A DNA stretch of 64,000 nt from assembly GCA_965262985.1 (NCBI GenBank), contig OZ253576.1, positions 3,209,213 to 3,273,212 of the forward strand, read 5' to 3'. The translations under genes and the position numbers were made by a program. Positions 37,157 through 47,106 of the stretch are shown here, piece by piece. The notes under the pieces are model-generated. The model was not told where the DNA came from, ran no database searches, and was given only the letters and a program-made list of their open reading frames with translations. Position 1 is the stretch's first letter, and every line of letters begins with the position of its first letter. The DNA comes from Vicinamibacterales bacterium. GTDB lineage: Bacteria > Acidobacteriota > Vicinamibacteria > Vicinamibacterales > UBA8438.

Positions 37157-38314
37157 CTAACGGTTCGACGTGTGACCGCAGGCCATGCCGGCGATGATGA
37201 GCTTCTGCACGTTGGAGGTGCCCTCGACCACCTGCAGCGACTTGGCGTCGCGATACAGCCGCTCGGCCGGGTATTCGGTCGAGTAGCCGTACGATCCGAA
37301 GATCTTCATGCACTCGTTGGCCGCATGGACCGCCGCTTCCGACGCCTGCAGCTTGGCTATCGACGTTTCGTACTGGTTCGGCTTGCCGTGGTCCTTCAGC
37401 CACGCCGCGCGGTAGACGAGCAGTTGGGCCGCATGGTGCTCGACCGCCATCTCGGCGATCTGCGCCTGCACCATCTGATGCCGTGAGATCGGCTTCCCGA
37501 ACTGGGTGCGCTCGTTGGCGTAGTCGACCGCCGCGTCGAGCGCCGCCCCGGCCACCCCCAGCGCGCCCGCGGCACACCCGAGACGGGTGTTGTTGAGCTG
37601 CCACATGCAGATCTTGAATCCGTCGCCCTCGCGCCCCAGCAGCGCATCTTTCGGCAGCGCCGTGCCGTGGAACGCCATCTCGCCGGTCGGCGCGCAGTGC
37701 AACCCGAGCTTCGTCTCGATGTCGGTCGCCACGAAATTGTCCACCAGCTTGGGTTCGAGGATGAAGGCGCTCATTCCCCGGTGCTTCTTCTCCGGGTCGG
37801 TCATCACATAGAGCAGCCCCGCGTCTCCCTGGGTCGCGTTCGACACCCAGATCTTGCTCCCGGTCAGCTCCCAGTGATCGCCCCGGTCACGCGCCAGCGT
37901 CTTCATGCTGGCCACGTCGGAACCGCTCTCGGGCTCGGTCATGCCGAAGAACCCGATCTTCGTGCCCGCCACCCAGCCCGGGATGAACTTCCGTTGCTGC
38001 GCGTCGGTACCGAACCTGGCGACGGTCAGCGCCGGCCCGAGATTCTGCATGTTGAACGGGAGCCGCCAGGATGCCGACACCTTGGCAATCTGCTCGGCCA
38101 TCAACACCGACTCCATGAAGCCGAACCCGGCGCCCCCGAACTCCTCGGGCACGCCGCACGAAAAGAAGCCCAGCTCGCCCATGCGGGCCACGCGGTCGAG
38201 CCTGAACTCATGGCGCCGCTCTTCCTCGGCCATGGTGGGGGCGATGTCGTTCCGCGCGAACTCGCGCGCGGTCTCCTGCACCAGTTGCTGTTCGTCGGTC
38301 AACTCGAAATTCAT
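37157..38314 (-). CDS. acyl-CoA dehydrogenase
   Basis: MNFELTDEQQLVQETAREFARNDIAP... ..GMTEPESGSDVASM.. ..YRDAKSLQVVEGTSNVQ.. Internal ATG at 38314. Confidence 0.85.
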   Translation of the reverse strand: MNFELTDEQQLVQETAREFARNDIAPTMAEEERRHEFRLDRVARMGELGFFSCGVPEEFGGAGFGFMESVLMAEQIAKVSASWRLPFNMQNLGPALTVARFGTDAQQRKFIPGWVAGTKIGFFGMTEPESGSDVASMKTLARDRGDHWELTGSKIWVSNATQGDAGLLYVMTDPEKKHRGMSAFILEPKLVDNFVATDIETKLGLHCAPTGEMAFHGTALPKDALLGREGDGFKICMWQLNNTRLGCAAGALGVAGAALDAAVDYANERTQFGKPISRHQMVQAQIAEMAVEHHAAQLLVYRAAWLKDHGKPNQYETSIAKLQASEAAVHAANECMKIFGSYGYSTEYPAERLYRDAKSLQVVEGTSNVQKLIIAGMACGHTSNR

Positions 38315-38361
38315 CGACTCTTCGTCTCCGTCATGTTGATCGCGCCGCCGGCGCGGTCGAC

Positions 38362-38577
38362 TCACGCGATGGTCGCGAGCGGGTCGTCTTCCTCGACCTG
38401 GTCACCCACCTGCACCGCGACCGCGACCACTTCCCCGTCACACGGCGCGTAGACGACCGTCTCCATCTTCATCGCCTCGAGGACCAGCACCTCGTCGTCC
38501 TCTTCGACCGTCGTCCCGACCTCGACCGCGACCGACAACACCTTGCCGGCCAAGGGCGCCAATACCTCGTCTGCCAT
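38362..38577 (-). CDS. gcdC: biotin carboxyl-carrier subunit (biotinyl domain)
   Basis: 71 aa with the LVLEAMKMETVV biotinylation motif. Confidence 0.75.
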   Translation of the reverse strand: MADEVLAPLAGKVLSVAVEVGTTVEEDDEVLVLEAMKMETVVYAPCDGEVVAVAVQVGDQVEEDDPLATIA

Positions 38578-38628
38578 GTCCCCGATCCCTCGTTTCTCGT
38601 CCGACGCCGACTCGTCTACAGACCGCCG

Positions 38629-39732
38629 TTACTGCAGCATCGTCAGAAATATACCGGCGGCGATGACGGTCCCGATGACGCCTGCCAGATTCGGCCCCAT
38701 CGCGAACATCAGCAGGTAGTTCTTCTTGTCCGCCTCGGCGCCGACCTTGTGCGCCACCCGCGCCGCCATCGGGACCGCCGACACCCCGGCCGCCCCCACC
38801 AGCGGATTGATCTTGTCGCTCGTGAAGAGGTTCATCGCCTTCGCCAGCAGCAGACCGCATGCGGTGCTCACCGCAAACGCCGCCAGCCCCAGCGCGAAGA
38901 TGAAGATGACGTCGGCGCGCAGGAAGTTCTCGGCGCTCATTGTCGCGCCCACGCTGATGCCCAGGAAGATCGTGGCCATGTTCATCAACGCGTTCTGGGC
39001 GGTGTCGGTCAATCGATCGACCACTTTCGATTCACGAAACAGATTGCCCAGCATGAACATCGCGATGAGCGGCGCCGAGGCCGGCACCAGCAGCATGATG
39101 GCCAGCGCCGCGGCGATCGGGAACACCAGCTTCTCGCGGGGCGCGACCTTGCGGGCCTTCTTCATGCGAATGGCGCGCTCCTGCTCGGTTGTGAGCAGCC
39201 GCATGATCGGCGGCTGGATGATCGGCACCAGCGCCATGTACGAGTACGCGGCGACGGCGCAGGCGCCGAGCAGGTGCGGCGCAAGCTGTGCGGCGAGAAA
39301 GATCGTCGTGGGACCATCAGCGCCGCCGATGATGCCGATGGTGGCCGCCTCCTGCAGCGTGAATCCGAACGCGTGGGCGGCGAAGAAGGTGAGGTACACA
39401 CCACCTTGCGCAGCCGCACCCAGAAAGATCAACCGCGGTTGCGACAGTAGCGGACCGAAGTCGGTATGGGCGCCCAGCCCGAGGAAGATGAGCGGCGGAA
39501 TGATCTCCCATTCCACCCCGTAGTGATAGAACCGCCAGAGCAACCCCTCGCCGGGGGTCATCAGGCCGGTCAACGGAAGATTGGCCAGCAGCACGCCGAA
39601 GCCGATCGGCAGCAGCAGCAGCGGCTCGTATTCCCTGCTGATGGCCAGATAGATCAGAGTCAGACCGATCACCCACATGACGACCATGCCGGGGGTCACG
39701 GCGAACAGACCGAGTTGCTCGAGGAATGCCAC
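38629..39732 (-). CDS. gcdB: Na+-translocating decarboxylase beta subunit
   Basis: 367 aa, polytopic, OadB/GcdB-type (..IGIIGGADGPT.. ..GAAGVSAVPMAARV..). Confidence 0.85.
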   Translation of the reverse strand: MAFLEQLGLFAVTPGMVVMWVIGLTLIYLAISREYEPLLLLPIGFGVLLANLPLTGLMTPGEGLLWRFYHYGVEWEIIPPLIFLGLGAHTDFGPLLSQPRLIFLGAAAQGGVYLTFFAAHAFGFTLQEAATIGIIGGADGPTTIFLAAQLAPHLLGACAVAAYSYMALVPIIQPPIMRLLTTEQERAIRMKKARKVAPREKLVFPIAAALAIMLLVPASAPLIAMFMLGNLFRESKVVDRLTDTAQNALMNMATIFLGISVGATMSAENFLRADVIFIFALGLAAFAVSTACGLLLAKAMNLFTSDKINPLVGAAGVSAVPMAARVAHKVGAEADKKNYLLMFAMGPNLAGVIGTVIAAGIFLTMLQ

Positions 39733-39738
39733 GACTGA

Positions 39739-39885
39739 TCAGCCGGTTCCGGACGTCCGGTCCGGCGGATCTGCGGCGGGACGGCCCAGGGTGACCGCCA
39801 GCAGTTTCATCATCAGGTAGAGCAGCGCGATGCCGGTGAACACACCCGCGACGCCATTCAGGAAAATGCCGGAAACCGTAATCAT
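39739..39885 (-). CDS. small single-helix subunit (OadG/GcdD-like)
   Basis: MITVSGIFLNGVAGVFTGIALLYLMMKLLAV.., directly upstream of gcdB. Start uncertain. Confidence 0.4.
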   Translation of the reverse strand: MITVSGIFLNGVAGVFTGIALLYLMMKLLAVTLGRPAADPPDRTSGTG

Positions 39886-40119
39886 GGGGATGATGACCTG
39901 CACCGGCCGGAGGCGCCAGCGACTCCGATTATACGTCGGGGCGCAGGTCCGACCGGTGGCGGCCCCTTGCGTCCTGAGGGTCCGTGCGGTACAAGCAGGC
40001 AGTCGATGCCTGCAGCACGGCGGCGGCGCACCCAGGCGGGGCGCCGCCGCGGAACACCCCACGAATCGGACGCGGCCACTCCGAGGTCACCAGCCAGCAC
40101 CCCGTTCCGGTTGTTCTGG

Positions 40120-41619
40120 ATGCCGGTGGCGCTGTCGGCCGCCCTGCTTGCCGTCTCGTTCGCGCCGCGCGTCCAGAGCAGCGCGGTGCTCAGCGGCTCG
40201 TTCTGGACCGCGGTAGCGGGCCTGCTCGCCTGGACGGCCCTGCTCCGCCTCAGGTATGCCGGCGGCGCCGCGCCACGCACGCTGGCCGTCGTCCTGCGGC
40301 CCCAGCACTACCTGCAGGCAGCCGTGCAATTGGCCGTGTTCGTCTACTGGGGCTACTTCTGGCGCCCGGTCTACGACCACGCCTGGCTGCTCGTGGCGCA
40401 GCTCCTGTTCGCGTACGCGTTCGACATGCTGCTGTCATGGTCGCGCCGCCCCGGGTACACCCTGGGATTCGGACCGTTCCCGATCATTTTCAGCACCAAC
40501 CTGTTTCTCTGGTTCCGTGACGACTGGTTCTACCTGCAGTTCCTGATGCTCGCGGCGGGGTTCCTCGGCAAGGAACTGGTCCGCTGGCGGCGCGCCGGGC
40601 GGGACACCCATATCTTCAACCCCTCCGCATTCTCGCTCGGGTTGTTTTCGCTGATCCTGATCGCCACCGGGACGACCGACCTCACCTGGGGCCAGGACAT
40701 TGCCTCGACGCTCACGCTCGCGCCGAGCATCTACCTTTTCCTGTTCCTGATCGGCCTGGTCGTCATGTACTTCTTCTCGATCACGCTGGTGGCCGGCTCG
40801 GCCGCGATCGCCCTGTTCGGATTGAGCGCCCTGTATTACGCCGTCACCGGCGTGCCGTATTTCATCGACTCGGAGATCCCGAGCGCCGTGTTCCTCGGTC
40901 TGCATCTGCTCGTCACAGACCCGTCCACCTCGCCCCGCGCCCCGCTCGGGAAGGCCCTGTTCGGCATCCTCTACGGTGTCGGGGTCTTCGTCCTCTACGC
41001 GTTGCTGGGAGCGTTGGGGGTTCCGACCTTCTACGACAAGCTGCTGTGCGTGCCGCTGCTGAACCTGAGCGTCCAGCACATCGACCGCCTGTCCCGCAGA
41101 TGGCAGGACAGCGCGACCCTGCGCCGGATGACGCCGGACCGGACACCGGCCCGCGCAAACCTGCTGCAGATAACGGTCTGGGCGGCGGTTTTCGGCGTGA
41201 TGACGGTGGTGGGCGCCACGGACGGTCGGCACCGCGGTGACGCAGTCCCGTTCTGGGAACGCGCGTGCGCCGAGAACCGGCCCCTGGCCTGCGAGCGGCT
41301 CATCCAGATTGAAACCAACTATTGCGGTGACAACGCGGGCTGGGCGTGCAACGAGTTGGGACGGCACTACGTGGAAGGCGCCGCGGTCACGGCGGACCTG
41401 GAGCGGGCGTTGGCGTACTTCGCGCAGGCCTGCGAGTTGCGGTTCCAGGCCGGCTGCGTCAATCTGCTCGACCGGGACACGATCAGCCGCGCCGATCCGC
41501 GCCCTCTGGACCTGCGTCTCCTGCTGCGGGAGGCGGGACCCAATCTGCTCGACATGCCGGACACCCAGCTCTACGCCCGGGCGTGCGAGCATGGGTGGGC
41601 GTTCGCCTGCAGGCCATGA
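40120..41619 (+). CDS. polytopic membrane protein with C-terminal Sel1-like repeats
   Basis: Start chosen at MPVALSAALLAVSF to avoid overlap with the divergent gene. ~10 helices, then CAENRPLACERL..GWACNELGRHYVEGAAVTADLERALAYFAQACELRFQAGC. Confidence 0.55.
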   Translation: MPVALSAALLAVSFAPRVQSSAVLSGSFWTAVAGLLAWTALLRLRYAGGAAPRTLAVVLRPQHYLQAAVQLAVFVYWGYFWRPVYDHAWLLVAQLLFAYAFDMLLSWSRRPGYTLGFGPFPIIFSTNLFLWFRDDWFYLQFLMLAAGFLGKELVRWRRAGRDTHIFNPSAFSLGLFSLILIATGTTDLTWGQDIASTLTLAPSIYLFLFLIGLVVMYFFSITLVAGSAAIALFGLSALYYAVTGVPYFIDSEIPSAVFLGLHLLVTDPSTSPRAPLGKALFGILYGVGVFVLYALLGALGVPTFYDKLLCVPLLNLSVQHIDRLSRRWQDSATLRRMTPDRTPARANLLQITVWAAVFGVMTVVGATDGRHRGDAVPFWERACAENRPLACERLIQIETNYCGDNAGWACNELGRHYVEGAAVTADLERALAYFAQACELRFQAGCVNLLDRDTISRADPRPLDLRLLLREAGPNLLDMPDTQLYARACEHGWAFACRP

Positions 41620-42587
41620 ACGATTCGACCGTAGACCTGACGCCGCCGGGCACCGCCGTCCGGCCATCGGCCGCCGGCCTGTCCGTGCTGATCCTCCTGG
41701 TGTTGGGGGTGGGCGGCTGGATGTTCGTGCAGCGCCCCGTCCCCGACGCGCCGGCGGTCACCGCCGCCACGATACCGGCCAGCGCGGCGCCGGCCTCGCT
41801 GCCCGGTTTCCGGTCGGACGCCTGGTTTCTTCCGGACGACGAGCGGTTCGGTTTCGTGGAGATTGCCGCCGGACCGTTCGTGATGGGCACCGGCCCGGCC
41901 AGCGACCCGCTGGCGTTCGAGAATGAGCGGTGGTCAGCCGCCGCCGTCCAGGGGACGGTCGAACTGCCGGCGTTCCACCTGAGCCGTTTCGAAGTGACGA
42001 TCGCCCAGTACGCGGCGTTCATCGCTGCCGCCCGGTTCAGCGCAGACCCGCGGGGGCTTCAGGCTTCCCCGGACCACCCGGTCTCGTTCGTCTCCTGGCC
42101 GGACGCCCTCGCGTATTGCCGCTGGCTCGACGCCACGCTGCGAGACTCCTCGCTGACCCCGCCGGCGCTTGCCCGGCTGCTCGATGACGGCTGGCGTGTC
42201 ACGCTGCCGACCGAAGCGCAATGGGAGAAGGCGGCGCGGGGCGCCGACGGGCGGATCTACCCATGGGGTGATACACCCGATCGCACCCGCGCCAATTATC
42301 AGGGGCAACGCACGACCGCGGTCGGCCGCTACGAGTGCGCGGACTGCCCGTTCGGGCTCTCCGACATGAGCGGGAACGTGTGGGAATGGACCCGCAGCCC
42401 GTATCAGCCGTACCCCGCCGACGATTCGGATGACCGTGACGATCTGAGCACCGACGCACTCTGGATCATGCGCGGCGGGTCGTTCAGCGACCCGGCGCGC
42501 AACGCGCGGGCGTCGACCAGGGGGGGCGGAGACCCCGGCGCCCGCCGTGCCTTCATCGGATTTCGTGTGGCGCTGGCGCGTTTTTGA
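41616..42587 (+). CDS. formylglycine-generating-enzyme (SUMF1/FGE) domain protein, membrane anchored
   Basis: ATGA overlap with the previous gene. ..VSWPDALAYCRWL.. RLPTEAQWEKAARG.. GNVWEWT.. RGGSF... Confidence 0.7.
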   Translation: MNDSTVDLTPPGTAVRPSAAGLSVLILLVLGVGGWMFVQRPVPDAPAVTAATIPASAAPASLPGFRSDAWFLPDDERFGFVEIAAGPFVMGTGPASDPLAFENERWSAAAVQGTVELPAFHLSRFEVTIAQYAAFIAAARFSADPRGLQASPDHPVSFVSWPDALAYCRWLDATLRDSSLTPPALARLLDDGWRVTLPTEAQWEKAARGADGRIYPWGDTPDRTRANYQGQRTTAVGRYECADCPFGLSDMSGNVWEWTRSPYQPYPADDSDDRDDLSTDALWIMRGGSFSDPARNARASTRGGGDPGARRAFIGFRVALARF

Positions 42588-42599
42588 TTCCGGGGCGTG

Positions 42600-43754
42600 T
42601 CAATCGCGGGCACCCGCGGCGGCCTCACGCGCGTCCTGTTCGAGCAGCCGCGCGCCGCGCAGAATTCCACCGAACGAATAGTTCGCCTCGTGACACGCAT
42701 ACTCGTAGACCTTGTCGTCTGACGCCGGCCAGACGTATTCGCCGCTCCACGGCGCAGTCCAGACGGTCGGGTCGTCGACGGTGAACTGATACAACAGCGT
42801 GTCAGCGTCCATGCGTGAAAAGCGCTCGACGACGTGCAGATTCCGCGAGGCGCCGCCGAGCGACGGGTTGTCGGTGAAGTTCGTGGTGTCGACCACCAGC
42901 GTGTCACCCTCCCAGCGCCCGACCGAATCGCCGAGCCAACTGCGAATCTCCGGTGGGTTATGGTCCTGATTCATCCTGACGATGCGCGCATCGTGCACCA
43001 TTTCGACCAGGATCATCACGGTGTCCTCGGTCTGCACGATCCGCTTCATGTTGTTGTAGAGCACCGAGAGCATTGGAGGGCCGGCGGTCGAACCGAACCC
43101 CATCAGACAGCGCTCGGCGTGCGGCCGAATCTCTGGATCGTCGTAGGGGCCAGGCGCATTCAGATCGTCTTCGAGCCACCAGGCGGTGCCGTCGTTCTCA
43201 TGAAAGAACCGCGCCCGTCCGGCGGCGGCCGCCCGCACCGCCTCGGTCCGCGGCGGCTGGCGGCCGTTGGGCGGGTCGGTGATGATCGACGTGCGCACCA
43301 GCCCGTCAATCTGAAACGCCGCCTCTCCGCGGTCAATCCAGAAGGTGTTGTACCCGCCGACGTTGCCCGCCGCGCCGCCGGACCCGTCGCCGCCGGCCGG
43401 CGGCGCCTCCCGGTTGGCGTCGCCGGTCTCGAACCCCGTACGCTGCTCGTTCTCACGAGCGGCCTGACGCTCATCCGACCCGGCCGGCGCGAGACCGAAG
43501 ACCTTGACCAGCCCGTCAGGCTCGGCCGCGATGATCGCCGCTTCTTCCGGGGTCAGCGTCAGGCGCTCGCCGAATTCGCGCGGCCGTTGCAGCGGCGTGA
43601 CGGTCGCGGTGTCAAACGTGCCGGACAGATCGGGCCGGCCCGACGCGGTTCGGGGAATCTCCTCCCCGCCCTGCGCGGCGGCGACCGACGCGACCGCGAT
43701 CGCCACGACAAGCATGCTGCACACGCCGAGTATCGCCGGAAGTCGCATTGTCAT
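42600..43754 (-). CDS. exported hypothetical protein (paralog family with 56086-57066)
   Basis: Signal peptide. Conserved C-terminal block GRWEGDTLVVDTTNF..VVERFSR..L.Y..TVDDPT.W..PW......YEYACHE.NY. Confidence 0.6.
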   Translation of the reverse strand: MTMRLPAILGVCSMLVVAIAVASVAAAQGGEEIPRTASGRPDLSGTFDTATVTPLQRPREFGERLTLTPEEAAIIAAEPDGLVKVFGLAPAGSDERQAARENEQRTGFETGDANREAPPAGGDGSGGAAGNVGGYNTFWIDRGEAAFQIDGLVRTSIITDPPNGRQPPRTEAVRAAAAGRARFFHENDGTAWWLEDDLNAPGPYDDPEIRPHAERCLMGFGSTAGPPMLSVLYNNMKRIVQTEDTVMILVEMVHDARIVRMNQDHNPPEIRSWLGDSVGRWEGDTLVVDTTNFTDNPSLGGASRNLHVVERFSRMDADTLLYQFTVDDPTVWTAPWSGEYVWPASDDKVYEYACHEANYSFGGILRGARLLEQDAREAAAGARD

Positions 43755-43799
43755 CTCGTTTCTCCACCGTGAGCCGTCGTCACACGTGTCGCGGACCTG

Positions 43800-45302
43800 C
43801 TACTCCCCGCGCAATGCTTGCCGCCCCTGCTGAAACAGTTGTTGAATGCGGTCGCTGGTCCTGAACTCGGACAGGATGGCGGCGCGCCGGCTTGTGCGCA
43901 GGTCGCCGATGACATACCGCAAGGTCGTCGCCATCACCGAGCCCTCTTCGGTCGCGGTCTCTTCGAAGCGGCGCTGGAAGCCGCGCAGCGTGTCCTCGAA
44001 CGACGCGTCGTGCCAGCGATCCACACCCGCCTCGAGCCGGACGAAGTCGTCGAGAACCGCCGAGAACCCCGGGTCTGCCGGCCGCTGCCAGAACGCCACG
44101 TCCGGACCGAAGTCCTCGAGATACGTCGGCAGATACAGGTTTGCACGCGCCGGCACCTGCTTGATCAGCGCTGGATTGAAGCGCTTCAACTCGCTCGTCG
44201 ACAACCCGGTCTTCTGGCGCAGTTCGTTGAGCGGGAGGTTGCGCGGTGCGCGCATCGCGAAGATCGGCGTCTGCGACGCCCCGGCGGTCAACTGCCGCAC
44301 GTTGGCGGTGTTGCCGAAGACCATCTCCGCATAACGGAACGACCGCGGACCGTAGGTGCGGTACAGGGCGCGATACCGCCGGACCGAGATCGCCCGCAGA
44401 TCGCGCGCGAACTCGGACCCCATCAGATATTGTTCGCGCGTATCGGTCCCCCCGAGCCGCTTTCCATTGATGACGGTGCGACCGACGTTGACCCCCCCGG
44501 CGTGATGCTCGGAGAGCGCCGGAATGAAGCTGCCGTACATCGTGGCGAGAATGCTGAGATACGCGGCGCAGTAGGGCGCCTGGGTCGTCTGGTTGTATAC
44601 CTCGATGACGTTCGGCGACAGACGGTTCAGATGGTTCCAGTTGCGGCGCAGCCACTGGCACAGCCCCAGCGCCTGCGCCCGGGACCGGGCGCGAGCGTTG
44701 AACCCCGATTCGACGACAGCCTGGGCCAGTCCGATTTCGGCCGGCACCCCGAACCGCTCGTAGATCAGCCCCCACTGCTCGAGGAATCCGCCGTATCGCG
44801 CCGCATGCGGTGACAGGAAGCGCCCGCGAGTCGGGTTGTGAATGACGTCACCCACAAGCGGTGTGAGCAGGTCCTCGACCTGCTGCCGCCGCCTGCTCAG
44901 ACGTGATTCGAGGCGCACGCCAGCGAGGGTCTCTCGCAGCGCCGCATCCTCCCAGATGCCCTCGCGGGCCCAGTTGCCACTCGCGGGAAACGTCGCCAGC
45001 AGACGGCCATCCTCGGCGCTGCCGAAAATGATGCTGCCGTCAGGAATCGTGTAGATGTGCCGCCAGAACGGATGCGCGGGTCTGAAGCGCTGCAGGGCGG
45101 CGATGTCCGCCTGATACCGCACGTGCGCATGCTGCATCTGCGGCAGGAGCGCCGCCCGTGGCGGAGGCTCTACCGCCTGCCCCGCGACCGTCCGGGCCAG
45201 GGCGGCGCTGCGCCAGGGGACAGGGGGTTCGGACAAGACCCCGGCCAGCGCGCAAATCGCAACGAGTCCGAGCAGGACGCCTGCGTGTCTCATGACGGCC
45301 AA
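43800..45302 (-). CDS. lytic transglycosylase (SLT domain) protein
   Basis: ..AEIGLAQAVVESGFNARARSRAQALGLCQW.. (ES..A.GL.Q motif). Has a signal peptide. Confidence 0.6.
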   Translation of the reverse strand: MAVMRHAGVLLGLVAICALAGVLSEPPVPWRSAALARTVAGQAVEPPPRAALLPQMQHAHVRYQADIAALQRFRPAHPFWRHIYTIPDGSIIFGSAEDGRLLATFPASGNWAREGIWEDAALRETLAGVRLESRLSRRRQQVEDLLTPLVGDVIHNPTRGRFLSPHAARYGGFLEQWGLIYERFGVPAEIGLAQAVVESGFNARARSRAQALGLCQWLRRNWNHLNRLSPNVIEVYNQTTQAPYCAAYLSILATMYGSFIPALSEHHAGGVNVGRTVINGKRLGGTDTREQYLMGSEFARDLRAISVRRYRALYRTYGPRSFRYAEMVFGNTANVRQLTAGASQTPIFAMRAPRNLPLNELRQKTGLSTSELKRFNPALIKQVPARANLYLPTYLEDFGPDVAFWQRPADPGFSAVLDDFVRLEAGVDRWHDASFEDTLRGFQRRFEETATEEGSVMATTLRYVIGDLRTSRRAAILSEFRTSDRIQQLFQQGRQALRGE

Positions 45303-45367
45303 TGGCGATCAGGACTCTCGAGGCCGGCCTGTGCCGGCCGGCGGTTGGCCGCACATTGTAGACCGAA

Positions 45368-46414
45368 TCATGGCCTCACCCGCACATACTTCTGAATGCG
45401 GCGCGGCCGCGGCTCGCCCCCGTAGATGTTCCCCTCGGGATCGACCGCCACGAACTCGGCGCCATTGCCGGCCGGATCACGCGGGTCGCCCCACGGATAG
45501 AGGATGAACTCGGTGACCCACCCGGTGGCGACTTCCCCGATGCGGATACCCATCTCCCAGCCGGGGTTCTGCAGGTCGTCCGACTCGGAGTCGGCGACGA
45601 AGATGCGGCCGTTGTCGTCGAAGAAGATGCCGCTGGGACGGCCGAACTGCGTCCACTGTGCGATGAACTCCCCTTCCTGATCGAAGATCTGGACACGATT
45701 GTTGGACCGATCTCCCACGAAGATCCGCCCGTCGGCGTCCATCGCAATGGCGTGCAGGGTGCGGAACTCTCCCGGTGCGTATCCCGACTCGCCCCATTCC
45801 TTGATGTAGGCGCCGTCTCTGGAGAATTTGACGACTCGGTTGTTCGTGTTGTTCGCATGGCCGTCGGCCACGAAGATGTCGCCGTTGTCGGCGACCACGA
45901 CGTCTGCCGGGGCATTGAAGTGGTCGCGCCCCCCGCCCGCCTGGCCTGGCGTGCCGAGCGTCATCAGCACCTCACCCGTCGCGCTGAACTTGATGACCTG
46001 ATGCCCACGGGTGCCGGCAGGCGTACGCGCCTCGGCGACCGCGTCGGTCACCCAGACGTTGCCCTCGGAATCGACGTCGATCCCGTGCGGCCAGATGAAC
46101 AATCCGCCGCCGAAGCTCTCGACGACGTTGCCGTCCAGATCGAACTTCACCACGGGGTCCAGGTCGGAATCGAGACATTCGTTCCCGAAACGGTTCGGCG
46201 CGGTCGCGTCGCAGCGGATCACCGCCCAGAGATGGCGTCCGTCCGAATCCATCGTCACCCCGCCAACGGCGCCCATGGTCCGTCCGGCGGGCAGCGTTGC
46301 CCAGCCGTCGACCTGCCGATACGGGTTGGGAAGCACCTGAGCCGGGGCGGCGGCGGCGCCGGCCACGACCACGGTCAGCGCTAACGCCGCGACATTGAGG
46401 CTCGCTTTCGACAT
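45368..46414 (-). CDS. NHL-repeat beta-propeller protein (peptidylglycine-lyase-like)
   Basis: Repeated ..G.I.V.D..N.R..V..F blocks (GNVWVTD, GDIFVADGHANNTNNRVVKF, GRIFVGDRSNNRVQIF, GRIFVADSES). Signal peptide from ATG 46414. Confidence 0.7.
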   Translation of the reverse strand: MSKASLNVAALALTVVVAGAAAAPAQVLPNPYRQVDGWATLPAGRTMGAVGGVTMDSDGRHLWAVIRCDATAPNRFGNECLDSDLDPVVKFDLDGNVVESFGGGLFIWPHGIDVDSEGNVWVTDAVAEARTPAGTRGHQVIKFSATGEVLMTLGTPGQAGGGRDHFNAPADVVVADNGDIFVADGHANNTNNRVVKFSRDGAYIKEWGESGYAPGEFRTLHAIAMDADGRIFVGDRSNNRVQIFDQEGEFIAQWTQFGRPSGIFFDDNGRIFVADSESDDLQNPGWEMGIRIGEVATGWVTEFILYPWGDPRDPAGNGAEFVAVDPEGNIYGGEPRPRRIQKYVRVRP

Positions 46415-46493
46415 GACTCCCTCTCCTCGGATTTGCGGACCAGCGCATGCTCGATCCCGATTTCGTCCAGAATTGGCCAATTATACTCAATAG

Positions 46494-46949
46494 GTGGCCG
46501 ACGGTCTGCCCGCTGCGCTGCGGTCGTCCGCTGTCCCCCGCTGGTCGCATCGCGATCCCGTGGAGGGGGGCAATCCGTATCCGCGTGGCGCGCCGGAATG
46601 GACGATGTGGGAAACCGGGACTGCGGCGGCCCGAGACTGCCTGCGCGACATGGACGCCCGCATCGCCCGGACGGCCCAGGTCACGCTCGATCCACTGCGC
46701 TACCGCGCACAGTTGCTCGATCTCGCGGTAGGCCGGTTCGACATCTGGACCGAGCGGGGGTTGACCGTGGTCTCGACCGAGCAGACCCGGCGCGACTACG
46801 AACACTGGCTGGCCGCGTACGTGACGAACTGGCTGCACTACGTCGCCGACACCTGCCCGCGGGTCGACGCGGCCACGGAACTGCGGGCCCGGCTGCGCGA
46901 ACGCGCCGCGCAGCGGGCGCTGCAGGCGCGGCGTCGGGTCGCGCCGTGA
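46494..46949 (+). CDS. hypothetical protein
   Basis: 151-aa ORF in an otherwise empty interval. No motif; start uncertain. Confidence 0.3.
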   Translation: MADGLPAALRSSAVPRWSHRDPVEGGNPYPRGAPEWTMWETGTAAARDCLRDMDARIARTAQVTLDPLRYRAQLLDLAVGRFDIWTERGLTVVSTEQTRRDYEHWLAAYVTNWLHYVADTCPRVDAATELRARLRERAAQRALQARRRVAP

Positions 46950-47106
46950 TCCGCGTTACGTATCCGAACCCGTCGGCTGCCGGCTGTCGGCGGGAGGCCC
47001 GCGGCGCCTCGCTTTCCGGACGTCCACGACTTTCCTGCAATGCCGTCACGGAACGCACGCCCTGAACCTGTCGCCCCACGCGCCACGAAGGAGCAGTCGG
47101 TGTTTC

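Noticed and set aside
34922-37486. Long ORFs 34922-37150 (-, 742 aa), 35866-37197 (+, 443 aa) and 36596-37486 (+, 296 aa)
   Set aside because: They overlap gcdA and the acyl-CoA dehydrogenase gene in other frames or strands. They are Arg/Pro/Gly-rich, and they owe their length to the REP array. They are typical high-GC shadow ORFs.
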